Shown: in pieces, positions 20,295 through 30,731 of the stretch | Numbering within the stretch: the stretch's first letter is position 1 | Layout: each line of letters begins with the position of its first letter | From: an uncultured delta proteobacterium | GTDB lineage: Bacteria > Desulfobacterota > Binatia > UBA9968 | Assembly: GCA_963745835.1 (NCBI GenBank) | Contig: CAVUZH010000013.1 | Location: 736,001 to 800,000 of the forward strand | Length of the DNA: 64,000 nucleotides | Reading direction: 5' to 3' | Notes under the pieces: model-generated | Databases searched by the model: none | The model's input: only the letters and a program-made list of their open reading frames with translations | Told to the model about the DNA's origin: nothing | Position numbers and translations under genes: made by a program

Positions 20295-20597
20295 CTACTG
20301 CTGTGGCTCATCAGCTTGCTGCGCGTCGGTAACTACCGTGCCGCTGCGCAGCGAACGTGCCTTCTCGGCGAGCTTCGTGCGCTGTGCTTCGCTAATCTTT
20401 CGGGCCTTGCGCACAGACACCAGCCGCTTGGGCACCTCGAACGTCGCTGAGCGGTCGCTTCCCTCGATTGGCTCAAAGCCTAGCTTCAGCAGCTTGCGGT
20501 ACATGGGCTCTGATGCCGTCCAGATTGAGGCGTAGGGTTCGGCCTCGTTGAAGTTGATGATGGTTTCGCGTTCGGCTCGTGGTCCTTTGCCTCGCAT
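20295..20597 (-). CDS. Hypothetical phage/element protein
   Basis: AGGAG RBS; ERETIINFNEAE..ASIWT pattern; co-oriented with the element core. Confidence 0.65.
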   Translation of the reverse strand: MRGKGPRAERETIINFNEAEPYASIWTASEPMYRKLLKLGFEPIEGSDRSATFEVPKRLVSVRKARKISEAQRTKLAEKARSLRSGTVVTDAQQADEPQQ

Positions 20598-21567
20598 GTA
20601 GGTCTCCTAGTCTAGTGATCCTGCGTTGATTGTTTGTGCGGTTGCCTCCGGCGAGGTCCACCCAACCACCCCACCCCAAAGGGCCGGCGCTAGTCTCCGG
20701 GCAAGTTTCCAAGATTGAATGAGTCCGTTTGTGGCGCGTTGGTTCGTTGGCAGGCTCCACCGCTGTTGGGTTAGCGACTGGCGTGACGTGTCAGTCATTG
20801 TCAGCTGATAACCAGTGTCAAACCTCGCCATACGTGCCCTCTGAAGAATATTTGGGAATATTTTGGATGGGTCTCGTTCTTGCGGTCAGAAGTTGGCATC
20901 ATGAATAAGTTGCGTGCCTTCTGCTCCAAGTACGCGGAAGATGCATTACTGGTGTTTGTTTCGATCATCATTTTCCTAGCGGCGTATTTCTTACTCACTG
21001 CTTTCTAATCAGAGCGTATAGCTCGGGATACATCTCTGATCGCACGCCCTGCTTATTTCTCACTGCTGTTTGACTGAGTCCTGATTATGCTCACCTAGCC
21101 CTTTGTCAGACCCGAGGGGCCACCGCCGCGTCACTGGCTGACATGGCATGTCAGTCAATGTCCTCTTATGGGCGTGGACAAAGATGGCCATGTCTGTTGT
21201 TTGCAGGAAATTTAGGACAGCTGGGACGGGCCGCAATTTTGCACCTGAAAGATCATTAGTCATCGGAGGTATGCCGTGGTATTAGACTCAGTTTTAAGGG
21301 CAGCAATCATTCTCGGGGTGGTAGCGTCCATGGCTCTATGGCTGTTCCTCTAGCCTAGCTACTTGGACCTAACGGAGGCAGCGCACTTGCCACCCCCGCC
21401 GATCCTTTGGCTTGCCCATCGACTGAGCGCAGCCCTTTCTCGACCGGGCACCACCCCGGCCAAGTCTTTGCGCTCGCACCCATTAAACGATCTCGGAGTG
21501 TGTGCGCATACATACTCTCTTTTCATCTTCCAATGCTCACACCCCTAAATGGTTTAAAGGGGGGTAG

Positions 21568-22814
21568 TTATGCCGCTGATTGTTGCACGGCGTGAGCTTC
21601 TGTTAACCACTTCCAGTCTATGCTGAGAGTTACTGAAGCAGGTTGCGAGGTATTCGAGTCGCCGTCTGTTAGCTCAACAATTCCTGTTGCGGCTAGTTCT
21701 TTCATCCACCCGAGCACGGTAGGCTTAGTCCGGCGCAAGACCGTGGCCGCATTTGTTGATGTGAGAGAGTCACCGCTCAGCAATAAGGCTCGCAACAGGT
21801 TGCGGCGAGTCTCGGGAATGGTGGAAAACGCAATGTGACGAATTAGGGGCATATCGTCAGTGGCGCTCACGATGGCTCTCTGATCCGCAAGGGCCGCACC
21901 CATCGCCAGCATCTTGAGTGATAGGATTATGCGGTGTGGGCCTTCAGGCGTACCGCATCGAAGACCGCCCATGTCCCCATCACCTCAACACGCCCCGCTG
22001 AAATGAGTTGCGCGTAGCGCACAAGCTCAAGCACCACGTCATCGCCGAGTAAGATCGTGCCCGGGTCAACGCTTTTCACTGGGTAGCGGCCAAAGTGAGC
22101 TTCAACGAAATCATTTACGATAGTCTGGCATTCCTTGAGGCCGGTATCGCCGTTAGCCTTTTTTGCAAACTCAACCAAGTCCTCTTCCTTGAGGTCCACC
22201 GAAACGATCTCTTAGAAGCAGATACGGTTTCCCAGTTGCGCCATGAGCTTGTAAACCACATCTGAGAACGGCGTGGTCGCGCCTATCCAGTTGAAGAGGT
22301 GCTCGGTTGTATAGCCCCGCTCACCCTGTGCACCAGATTCGGTAACATAGCCCCGGCCATCGAGCACCGAAGTCAGCACTGAGAAGTTCTTCTGCATCTC
22401 CTTGAAGTCACCCCGGAATAAAGGGCTAACCTCTTTGGTGAGCATCGTCTTATTTTTTATCTTTGGTAGCAGGTCAATCGTTGCCAGCTCGTCCTTTTTC
22501 TTATTGGCTGCATGAGATACGAAGGAGGCAGGAGTGAAGCTGTCCACACGGTGAAGGAAAGGCCGAGTGCTTGGTCGGTCGGGCATGAACACGTTGACCG
22601 AGACCGATTTGCCTTTGCCGGACGCCCCGACATACATCAACGAGAGGCAGTTCTCGCGCTCTTCCAACGAGTGGCAGGCCACCACCGCACAACCGCATTT
22701 GACTGCCATTGCGAGGTCAGCGCCATAGTGGGATTCGACCTTTGCAACGACGCGCCTGAGGCTAACGTCGAGAGTATGATTATCGGTGATGGTCATTGTG
22801 TTTTCCTTCCTCAT
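21568..22814 (-). pseudogene. P-loop AAA+ (MCM/helicase-like) protein with C-terminal wHTH, disrupted
   Basis: GASGKGKS Walker A, LTSVLDGRGY, WIGATT; in-frame TAA at 22212 and a frameshift near 21970 join three ORF pieces. Confidence 0.7.
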
Positions 22815-22974
22815 CCACCAGGCTCAGTAGTGCTCTTATTGTTTGCGGGTCACGCTTAAACATCGGTTCCCAGTGATCCACAGGTAACAATCCGCGCCTC
22901 GCCAGCTCTCGAATCGTTGAAGGCCGATGTGTCGTCAATAGCTGCGAGACTTGCTCGCTTGAAATCAGATTCAT
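22780..22974 (-). CDS. Small HTH-like protein
   Basis: SEQVSQLL...STIRELARRGLLP pattern. Confidence 0.5.
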   Translation of the reverse strand: MNLISSEQVSQLLTTHRPSTIRELARRGLLPVDHWEPMFKRDPQTIRALLSLVDEEGKHNDHHR

Positions 22975-23219
22975 CTGCTCCCTTTCAATCGGTTGTAACG
23001 TTCACTGCGAACGTCAGTGTTGATGTTTGTGGGGCTGACTTTATAGCCGCGCTAGGTCTGTCCCGCGAGGAAAGCACCCTATCCATAAGTCGCCAAATAA
23101 GTCGCGTGTTGCCATGTGACATAATCTATCATTTTAACCGTCATATGGCGAATTTTTGGGCGTATGTTGCGAGACTTTTGTCTCCGTGATAGGATCGCCC
23201 GATGCACTGGAACTGACAT

Positions 23220-24014
23220 ATGACGCGGTCGGATGATTTGGCGGGTTATATTAAAAAGGTTGAATGGACGATTTGGCTATATCACGTAGACCTTAACTCG
23301 CTTACGGATGGAGGTTGGCTAAAGCTCAAGGAAGAGCTTTATGACTTTTTTACAGCCGATCTTGAGTGGACATTTGCATCAAAGGCCAAACCGTTGACGA
23401 AGGAAGATGTAGTGGCCCTAGCGCGTTTGATAGAAAGCTCTGAGATTCGATTCGACAATTATCCCGATATTGAAGATGCTTTGGAGGAGCATGACTATGC
23501 TCGCCTATGGGCATTGGATGAACGTGATAAAGACGAGTGGGTGAAAGTCGTGGACGCTAAAACTGTTGAACGTACACAAGCCGCTTTGAAGGCAATACTT
23601 GATGACGCGCTAACGCAGACCAGTTTTTTACACCCGGATGAGGATAGTGATTTCTATTACCACTACCATCCCTCACATAGTACTGAAGACGATTCCTTGC
23701 CCGACATTGCGATTGCTCGACTTCGGTCATACTTAGTCGCGGCTGGCATTGAACCGGGCCAGATCAGAACGTGCGATGAGTGTAAAACGATTTTCTTGGC
23801 GAAACGTAAACCGACTCCGAAAAAGAAAAGCTATTGTTCCGCTAGATGCGCTCAGCTATGTGCAACCAGGGCTTACCGCAAACGCAACCAAGCCAAGTTA
23901 AAGACGAAAGAGCGAGAACGCAGTCATCACCGCTATGTGGCGAAGCAGCGCAAGAAGCACCCGAACGCCAAAGTCAAAAGGATTCCACGGGCGAGGTCGG
24001 TAGACACGTTGTAA
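23220..24014 (+). CDS. Protein with C-terminal CGNR-like zinc finger
   Basis: RTCDECKTIF...YCSARC followed by a basic tail; divergent from the core module. Confidence 0.7.
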   Translation: MTRSDDLAGYIKKVEWTIWLYHVDLNSLTDGGWLKLKEELYDFFTADLEWTFASKAKPLTKEDVVALARLIESSEIRFDNYPDIEDALEEHDYARLWALDERDKDEWVKVVDAKTVERTQAALKAILDDALTQTSFLHPDEDSDFYYHYHPSHSTEDDSLPDIAIARLRSYLVAAGIEPGQIRTCDECKTIFLAKRKPTPKKKSYCSARCAQLCATRAYRKRNQAKLKTKERERSHHRYVAKQRKKHPNAKVKRIPRARSVDTL

Positions 24015-24040
24015 TTGCTCGTGCCGATGTAAAAACCGGC

Positions 24041-25557
24041 TGTTGTAGTTCAGCCAATGTGTCACCTTAACTGCTCAGCGAAAATGTCACCCCTGAGTGG
24101 TAGTGTGGTAAGGTTTCAGTTCGATTGTGAGATCTCCATCAGGGTTGATTTTGGGGGTACCTAGGTGCCCGCCAGTCCGAGAACGTGCGTTATAAGCGAA
24201 ATACGGCGGTGGTTTTTTAGATTGTTTTCTCGAATCGAGGAGTTTTCTGTCTTTGACCGAGCGATAATGCCGGCGCAAGGTTCTTAATGGTCCTTGCACC
24301 GCAGGAGGAGGGCTCTCCAAGAGCAGCTCGTTTTTGCAGTACACGCGCCAACGGCCATCGAGCAATTGACGGATCTCGACACGGGCTCTGGCATATCCTC
24401 GACGATGCGGTCCCGCCGGGATGTCGAGGATCATTCCTGAAAGCCGCACTGCATTATCATTGCCGACGGTGGCTTCATAGAGAAAACTGCAGGTCCGATC
24501 GACATCGACTGTTTTGGGCAGAGGACGCCAGGCTGGTTGGCTTTCTCTGGCCGGTTTGGCAAAGCGGGTGTTGAAATCGGTTTTGAACGGGCCGTTCACA
24601 AAGAGCGTCGCTTGTTGGGGGCTGGTGATCCGTGCCAGCCTGAGCTCCTGGACCAACCGATCCTGCAAAGTATTAAACAGCCGCTCCACACGTCCCTTGG
24701 CTTGAGGCGAGAGTGCAAAGATCGGCTTTATACCGAAAGCCAAAAGCGCCTGAGTCACTTGAGTGGGCGTTTGTTGCCCGGCCAGCTGCTCTTGCACGGT
24801 CCAGTGATCGTCGTTACGACGGAAGATCCCATGGCGATCCATGTACATGGCCAAGGGAATGCCGTTCTCGAGCACGATCTGTCTGAGGCAGATCAAATAG
24901 CTCTGGGCATCCTCCTGGCGGGCAAACACGCCGCACACCAACTTCCCCGTGGCATCATCGATCGCCGCCATCAAACTCCACTCGCCGAACTTCTCTCCAA
25001 ACCAGCGGTGAGGACTCCCGTCCCACAACAACAGAGATCCTTCCTGGGCTTTGCGCTCGCGGCGCTTGTAGTGGCGCTTGACACCGCGCTTTCGCACCGC
25101 AGCGATCCCGGCCTCACGCAACACCCGGCGCACCGTGGCGCGCGATACCTCGAGCTTTTCTTTCTCCTTGAGCTTCTCGGTCAGGTGCGTGTCGTTGAGT
25201 CCCTGGTAGCGTCCACGTGCCAATGCGATCACCTTCTGCATTCTTTGCGATGCCGTCTTGTTCCAGGCCGCTTTGCCGCGATTGCCATGCATTAGACCTT
25301 CGCTACCTCGCTCTTTTATCTTTCGCCGCAGCCGTTTCATCTGGCGCGCCGAGATCTCCAAAAGCTTCGCCCCCTTGCCCACGCTCTCTCGCCCCTCTAA
25401 CGTCAATCGAACCACATGCAGTCGATGTAATTCTCTCTGACTCACCCTCATCTCCCTTTCGCTCATCCCATCTCCTCCTTCTCGGAGAAGATCCTACCCG
25501 AAGGGGTGTCAGAATCGCTGAACAGTTTTGGGGTGACATTTTCGCTGAACTACCACA
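24041..25557 (-). mobile_element. IS1202-family (ISNCY) insertion sequence, 1517 bp
   Basis: TGT-initiated imperfect 26-bp IRs with inner repeats; 16-bp target duplication CGATGTAAAAACCGGC at 24025-24040 and 25558-25573. Confidence 0.9.
24087..25466 (-). CDS. IS1202/ISNCY-family DDE transposase
   Basis: HGNRG, DGSPHRWF, IDDATG, YMDRHGIF, SPQAKGRVERLFNTLQDRL. Confidence 0.93.
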   Translation of the reverse strand: MSEREMRVSQRELHRLHVVRLTLEGRESVGKGAKLLEISARQMKRLRRKIKERGSEGLMHGNRGKAAWNKTASQRMQKVIALARGRYQGLNDTHLTEKLKEKEKLEVSRATVRRVLREAGIAAVRKRGVKRHYKRRERKAQEGSLLLWDGSPHRWFGEKFGEWSLMAAIDDATGKLVCGVFARQEDAQSYLICLRQIVLENGIPLAMYMDRHGIFRRNDDHWTVQEQLAGQQTPTQVTQALLAFGIKPIFALSPQAKGRVERLFNTLQDRLVQELRLARITSPQQATLFVNGPFKTDFNTRFAKPARESQPAWRPLPKTVDVDRTCSFLYEATVGNDNAVRLSGMILDIPAGPHRRGYARARVEIRQLLDGRWRVYCKNELLLESPPPAVQGPLRTLRRHYRSVKDRKLLDSRKQSKKPPPYFAYNARSRTGGHLGTPKINPDGDLTIELKPYHTTTQG

Positions 25558-25707
25558 CGATGTAAAAACCGGCTTGACAGCGAGATCGGCCCGATATTAC
25601 ATTGCCGCCCTGAATCGGAACGTGCCAAGCACATCAATTCGCAGAACATAGATCGATCATTGTGGAGGGTGCGAGATGCAGTTTGGTAGCGAGCTAGTCG
25701 CAATCTT

Positions 25708-26160
25708 GTGGTCCACTATCTTATCATGTTAATGCCGGAAGTGGCGCTTGCCGCAGCCATTACCTATTACCTCGATCTTGGCGCGTCCGGCTTCGTAATG
25801 GTGTTACCCATAATTCTTCTGGTACAGGTAGGCTTATGGATAAAAAACTCTCTGTTTGCGTGGGCTAGGTTCCTGCTTTTTGCTCGTAGGCCCTTGGCTG
25901 CTGCTGCCGCTTAATATTTTAGAACGGCACGATTTCCCGAACCAAATGATTACGAAGCAACACCCGAGGATTATCTATCACGGACGAAGGACGATGAGAG
26001 TCAGAGAATCGGTGTTCGAGTTGATGCGGCTGCAAGTCTCTCGGAACTGAGTACCCTCAGGACCTTTGGCTTTTTGCAAGCAAGTATGCGTGTGAGGATG
26101 CTTTACGAAGATGCATTAGACATTCATAAGGCATCATTCAAAGATGGAAAAACTGACTGG
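25708..26160 (+). pseudogene. Membrane protein remnant with in-frame stop
   Basis: Two TM segments, TAA at 25912, reading continues in frame (FPEPNDY..EDYL..); 3' end approximate. Confidence 0.5.
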
Positions 26161-26412
26161 AAAATCTGCTGTCAGGATAGCTATCAATCCCACATGCTGT
26201 CCTCGACGTTTCTCAGTCCTGCTTCGCGCCACACACTGGGCAATGTGCAAACCACCGTCGAATGCGGGATCGACACCGCCGGCAAACATTCGTTCGACCA
26301 CGCCTGACGAAAAGCACGGAGGTGATGACAAGGAGACCGGCGACTAAACTTCCGAACATCTTTTATCCAACCATGCTCGCGCAACCAGAACCGTAAGCAA
26401 GCGACTATCTCC

Positions 26413-26640
26413 TCAGGTTGGCACCCTCCAGGCACTTCTTAGGTCTACCCATGCTCTGGCCAGTGATAACCCATCTGCCTCCGCTTCTTCTTTTGTTTTG
26501 AATATCGTGCCCTCGATCCGTTGTAGCTCGATAACAGATCCCGTTCGCCCTGCCTTGCAGACTGACCCACGCGACTGACACCCCTGCATATACACCGGGA
26601 TCGAGCAGCCAGAGATCATGTAGCCTTTGTACTTAAGCAT
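26413..26640 (-). CDS. Small hypothetical protein
   Basis: 75-aa ORF, YKGYMI...FKTKEEAEADGL..ARAWVD. Confidence 0.6.
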   Translation of the reverse strand: MLKYKGYMISGCSIPVYMQGCQSRGSVCKAGRTGSVIELQRIEGTIFKTKEEAEADGLSLARAWVDLRSAWRVPT

Positions 26641-26675
26641 GATTTTCCAACACCTATGGGCGGGACAAAATCCAT

Positions 26676-26936
26676 TTAAGAGCTTCCATCCTGCGGGCTA
26701 AACGAGCGGGCATCTAGCGGTAACATCACTAGGTAGTCACTCGGGTCGATGTATTGTTTGAGTTTTTGCCAGACAGCTTGCGGCGGCTCGTTTGTTTTGA
26801 TCGTCCAATTCGACTGCGATAACCTAGCCCATCCGTAGCTTGTGATGACCTTATAGAAACCATCGTAATCGGCTTTTGACGTCTCCCGGTTGTATTTGTA
26901 GGTAATGTGCAGGACAGCCATAGCGGCGCGCATCAT
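26676..26936 (-). CDS. Small protein with Cas2/VapD-like ferredoxin-fold pattern
   Basis: ITY...DYDGFYKVI.SYGWARLSQSNW...LKQYIDPSDYLV. Confidence 0.45.
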   Translation of the reverse strand: MMRAAMAVLHITYKYNRETSKADYDGFYKVITSYGWARLSQSNWTIKTNEPPQAVWQKLKQYIDPSDYLVMLPLDARSFSPQDGSS

Positions 26937-27327
26937 ATCACAATCAGCCGAGTTGGGGGCGCAAAATATAGCTACGTCCTCGGCTATCCTCGGCTGTTTT
27001 ATCGTGGCGATTTCGCCGGCCTTGATCGACCCGCATCGCTTGTGCTGTTAACCGCGCCCTCGCTGCGCGGCGACAACCCGCCTTCCTTTGGCGACCTGTC
27101 AAAGGCGCTGCGCTGGCGAGGCCCATAAAACAACAGGGAGAAGCCAGCAAGTCTGCGTTTCGGTCCGGCTGTGGACTGTAGGCGAACGCACTAATCGCCA
27201 CAACGCCTGAGCCGTTTTACGCCTACGCAATATGGAGTCGGGGCATTGAAATATGCTTGCCAGCTATTGCTAGTTGCCCTACCCTATCACATGCAGGAGC
27301 CAACATGACCGCTGGAGGTTTTTGTAT

Positions 27328-27510
27328 ATGAAATCCGTGTTTTCGCAGCTTGTGTATGCTCCTTCAGACCAGCAGCGGGGGTCTGCCATCGACAAACATC
27401 AAGAAATGGAGAACCCGCCTTCAGTTTTGGTATGGCTCGCCGGGTGGGCTGTGATCATTGGATTGTGCCTCCTGTTTTGGTTGGGAGTGTACAGAGTGGT
27501 CATATCTTAG
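27328..27510 (+). CDS. Small membrane protein
   Basis: GGAGG RBS, 60 aa, C-terminal TM helix. Confidence 0.55.
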   Translation: MKSVFSQLVYAPSDQQRGSAIDKHQEMENPPSVLVWLAGWAVIIGLCLLFWLGVYRVVIS

Positions 27511-27662
27511 CGGGCGCGATCACCGGAAGCCGCACGCATTTCATCAGCACTGGTTGATCCTGTCGGCGCGTTTAAGTCACTCGCAGTGTTTTCCCTCTAT
27601 TTGCCCGCACAGCATGTCGCTAGGTTGCGAGCAAGGCCGTTCACGCCTGCTAAATTCAAAAC

Positions 27663-27878
27663 CTACGAGTTCCACTCCGCTTCGGAGATTCCATACGTCC
27701 GCAGCGGGTGCGATAGCTTGTCGCGCCAACTACCATAAGCCACATCTCTGGCTCCCTGCAGTATGAGCTTGCGTATTAACGCGAGGATCAAATCCGCATG
27801 ATCATCTCGGCCCTCCAGCGGCCTGTACTTTCTCCATAATTCGCCGATGTCGGTGTCCTGCAGTTCTGGTTTCGCCAT
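27663..27878 (-). CDS. Small hypothetical protein
   Basis: 71-aa ATG ORF with protein-like composition. Confidence 0.45.
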   Translation of the reverse strand: MAKPELQDTDIGELWRKYRPLEGRDDHADLILALIRKLILQGARDVAYGSWRDKLSHPLRTYGISEAEWNS

Positions 27879-27957
27879 CGGGCGACAGTACTGAACTTAT
27901 TTTCAGTATGCAATCCGCGCCATTGAGATCACAGTGCGACAGAGTTATTCTATGTAG

Positions 27958-28107
27958 ATGGCCGGCTACCTCGCCAGAAACTGTCCTATGTGCCGCAACT
28001 ACTTTGGGGTGACAATCGCCAAGCCGAACGGCAGCGGATACCAGCCAATCCATGGACGCTGCGCGACCTGCGGGTATGAAATCAGCTGGGCGCTGCTCAG
28101 TTCCTGA
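27958..28107 (+). CDS. 49-aa zinc-ribbon microprotein (not in ORF track)
   Basis: MAGYLARNCPMCRNYFGV...GRCATCGYEISWALLSS; two CxxC motifs. Confidence 0.6.
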   Translation: MAGYLARNCPMCRNYFGVTIAKPNGSGYQPIHGRCATCGYEISWALLSS

Positions 28108-28422
28108 CCCTTACCACCCATACGGAACACCGATAAAGCCGCATCAGCGGAAAGGCCTCAGTTTGTGGAGTCGAAGTATGCGCGAACCGTGCAGCAGCTA
28201 CAGAAGGGCAGGGCAACTGTCCAGCTCTGACGCGGAAACCAAATCACAATCAAGTTGACACAATGCTGTCGTATCAGATACCTTCCGACGAAAATACTGA
28301 TCAGACGCTGGTCGTTGTTGGTGCACCGCGAATGTCGGCTGCAAAGGCCGGTCTGGTGGTCTGAGGGGTGTTAATGAGAGCAATTTCTTACCACTGCCTG
28401 CATAAGTCACGAGGCATTCGCA

Positions 28423-29982
28423 ATGGTTGTTGAATCTGGCGGTTCCGGACGTGCCGGCTCGTTGAAAGAGCAGGCGTGGGTCCGAGCATCTTTTGGCCCA
28501 CAATTACCCCCGATTCTTGACCTCAATCACGCGAAGCTCGACCAACTCGCGGCTCACCCGTTTATAGGTCGCCCTCTTGCAGCGAAGCTGATCAAGCACC
28601 GAAGATCGAGCCGCATTTTCACTCCTCACGATCTTTTCCACGCAGGCTTGATAGATAGAGGCCAGTTACGAAATCTCGAAAGCTTCGCGTTCGGCGCGAC
28701 TCGACTGCGTCCTATGCTCGAGAGCATCCAAATTGCCGGGCCGCGTCTATATGTCAACGAGGAGTTCGCGCTCCGGTTCTCATGGCTCAAATCGATGGTT
28801 GCTTTGCCAGAAATTCTGTCCATTGCCGTGCGCTTCCCCTCCGGGCGTGCCTCGGAAATCCACATCCGGCTATCGCAGAGAGAAGCGGAATCGGGCGAGC
28901 TTGTGGTCCCCGGTTTTATCTCTGGGGAGTCCGGCGAGTTCTATGTCCTCGCCACTCTACGGGATTCGGCGGGCGCAGTATCGCGCCAAAGTGCGATCTT
29001 TTCCGTCTTCACGCATAACCCTGTTCAGATTTTCGTCACTCCACAATATTCGACTCAGTCTGACAGCGCAGGGGCGCCCAAGTACAACTTCGCTGAAAAC
29101 CGCTGGTACTGTTACGCCGACGTTCGGTGGGTGAATGGTGAATCGCGCAGCGTCAATCTCGGACGCACCGTGGATGTTCTAGCCACCGACGCCGGAACCG
29201 GTACAGTCGCGAATTTCAATTTCAGTCTCAGTGGCGACATCGTCATACCGGCGTTCTCCACGGTTTATGGAAACTGGTACACTTATCACGCCAGCGGCGG
29301 CATTTTCGACGAGTTCAACGCCAAAGGTGATTTAACCTTCCGCTATTCCATGAACGGCTCTGGCTTCAACCCAAGTCGTACTCAGGTCTGGCGCGTCATG
29401 CGGACGATTGGCTACAACATTATTCGCGTCGGCGACTTCACCGCGACGGAACGCAGCGAATACCAAAGAGCAGCTGCACAGGTCGCGTCCGGAATTTTTC
29501 AGTCCCGGGACATGACCGTTTACGGCACCGAACTGTATCGCATCGAAGGTACGCCGGACATGGATGCCGACAAAACGCGCTGGCGTTTCATTGACGATGA
29601 CGGCGAATTTGATGCGATGGCTAATAAGTATTCCGTATCCAACTGGTACATGGACGTCTTTATGGTTGAAGGCTATTGGGGCGGTTTCGGTGCGTCTTAT
29701 GTCAACGCTCCCACCGATAAAAACGGAACTCACAGCGGCATCGTCATCCGGCGAGACGGCGACACTGTGAATCTGGGACAGACCTTCGCGCATGAAGGAG
29801 GGCACCATCTCGGTCTTGAGCATGCTGACGAAGATGATGGGTGTGCAGACACCGATCCTTCATCGCCCAACATTTCCGATAACTTCATTTTTTCTTCCTC
29901 TCGTCGTGACAGCGCCATCATCACCGGCTGCCAGATCAACAAAATGAGACAACACGGATTCGTGCGATCTATGACGCCGTAA
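28423..29982 (+). CDS. HhH-domain + beta-rich region + metzincin-type Zn metalloprotease
   Basis: LDLNHA..DQL..HPFIGRPLA HhH; HEGGHHLGLEH zinc motif. Confidence 0.8.
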   Translation: MVVESGGSGRAGSLKEQAWVRASFGPQLPPILDLNHAKLDQLAAHPFIGRPLAAKLIKHRRSSRIFTPHDLFHAGLIDRGQLRNLESFAFGATRLRPMLESIQIAGPRLYVNEEFALRFSWLKSMVALPEILSIAVRFPSGRASEIHIRLSQREAESGELVVPGFISGESGEFYVLATLRDSAGAVSRQSAIFSVFTHNPVQIFVTPQYSTQSDSAGAPKYNFAENRWYCYADVRWVNGESRSVNLGRTVDVLATDAGTGTVANFNFSLSGDIVIPAFSTVYGNWYTYHASGGIFDEFNAKGDLTFRYSMNGSGFNPSRTQVWRVMRTIGYNIIRVGDFTATERSEYQRAAAQVASGIFQSRDMTVYGTELYRIEGTPDMDADKTRWRFIDDDGEFDAMANKYSVSNWYMDVFMVEGYWGGFGASYVNAPTDKNGTHSGIVIRRDGDTVNLGQTFAHEGGHHLGLEHADEDDGCADTDPSSPNISDNFIFSSSRRDSAIITGCQINKMRQHGFVRSMTP

Positions 29983-29996
29983 TAGGGGAAACGACC

Positions 29997-30731
29997 ATGG
30001 CCCGAAAACAAATCTCGAAAGGGCGTGTGCCCGCGAAATATCCGTCAGTCCCAGATAGCGAGTCCAAACCCGGCAATTACAATGAGCCTGCGCCACCCGC
30101 GGCGGCAGATAGTATTCCGTCCCCTCACTTCAACCTTCTCCCTACCGAGTCTAAGGCCGACCTCCGGATTCGCATCGAGCAGCTCCTACTCCGGCGCGAT
30201 TCGATCGGGGCGGACGACTGGGTCGCGCTTGGGGATCCGGGTCGTGCGTTTCTTGTCGAACTGCTCGACGATCAGGCCATGCGATCGCACGAGGCGCTTT
30301 TCCACCGACTGATAGCGGTGCTGGGCCAACTTTCCGTTAAGCGCAGTGTGGCTCCCCTGGCTGCTCTGCTGGCGGCGTCATCTGAAACCGGCCTCACCAA
30401 AGCGTATGCCGCCACCGCGCTCGGCCACATCGGCGGGCCAAGTGCGCTGGAAGCCCTTGCCGGCGCGCTCACCGCGAAAGACGACATGGTGCGGCGGCAG
30501 GTGGCCAAAGCACTCGGCAACATGGATCGCGTGGCCGTCATTCCGCATCTTCGGAAATTGCAACAGGACAAGTCCGTCGCAGTATCGGAAGTCGCTGCAG
30601 AAGCCCTCGCGCGCTGGGAAAAGAAACTCAATCAACGTGTTGGAGCGACTAAAAAAGCGCCTACTCGTAAAGCTTCCCGCAAGAAAGTCATGCCGGCTGT
30701 TGAACGTGGCAGCTCGCGGCGACGAGGTTAA
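29997..30731 (+). CDS. HEAT-repeat protein
   Basis: Repeated AATALGHIG / VAKALGNM / AAEALA units; GGGG RBS; 14-bp gap after the protease. Confidence 0.8.
   Translation: MARKQISKGRVPAKYPSVPDSESKPGNYNEPAPPAAADSIPSPHFNLLPTESKADLRIRIEQLLLRRDSIGADDWVALGDPGRAFLVELLDDQAMRSHEALFHRLIAVLGQLSVKRSVAPLAALLAASSETGLTKAYAATALGHIGGPSALEALAGALTAKDDMVRRQVAKALGNMDRVAVIPHLRKLQQDKSVAVSEVAAEALARWEKKLNQRVGATKKAPTRKASRKKVMPAVERGSSRRRG

Noticed and set aside
26907-27201. Possible LigD ligase remnant (PPSFGDL)
   Set aside because: The similarity is too short to support.
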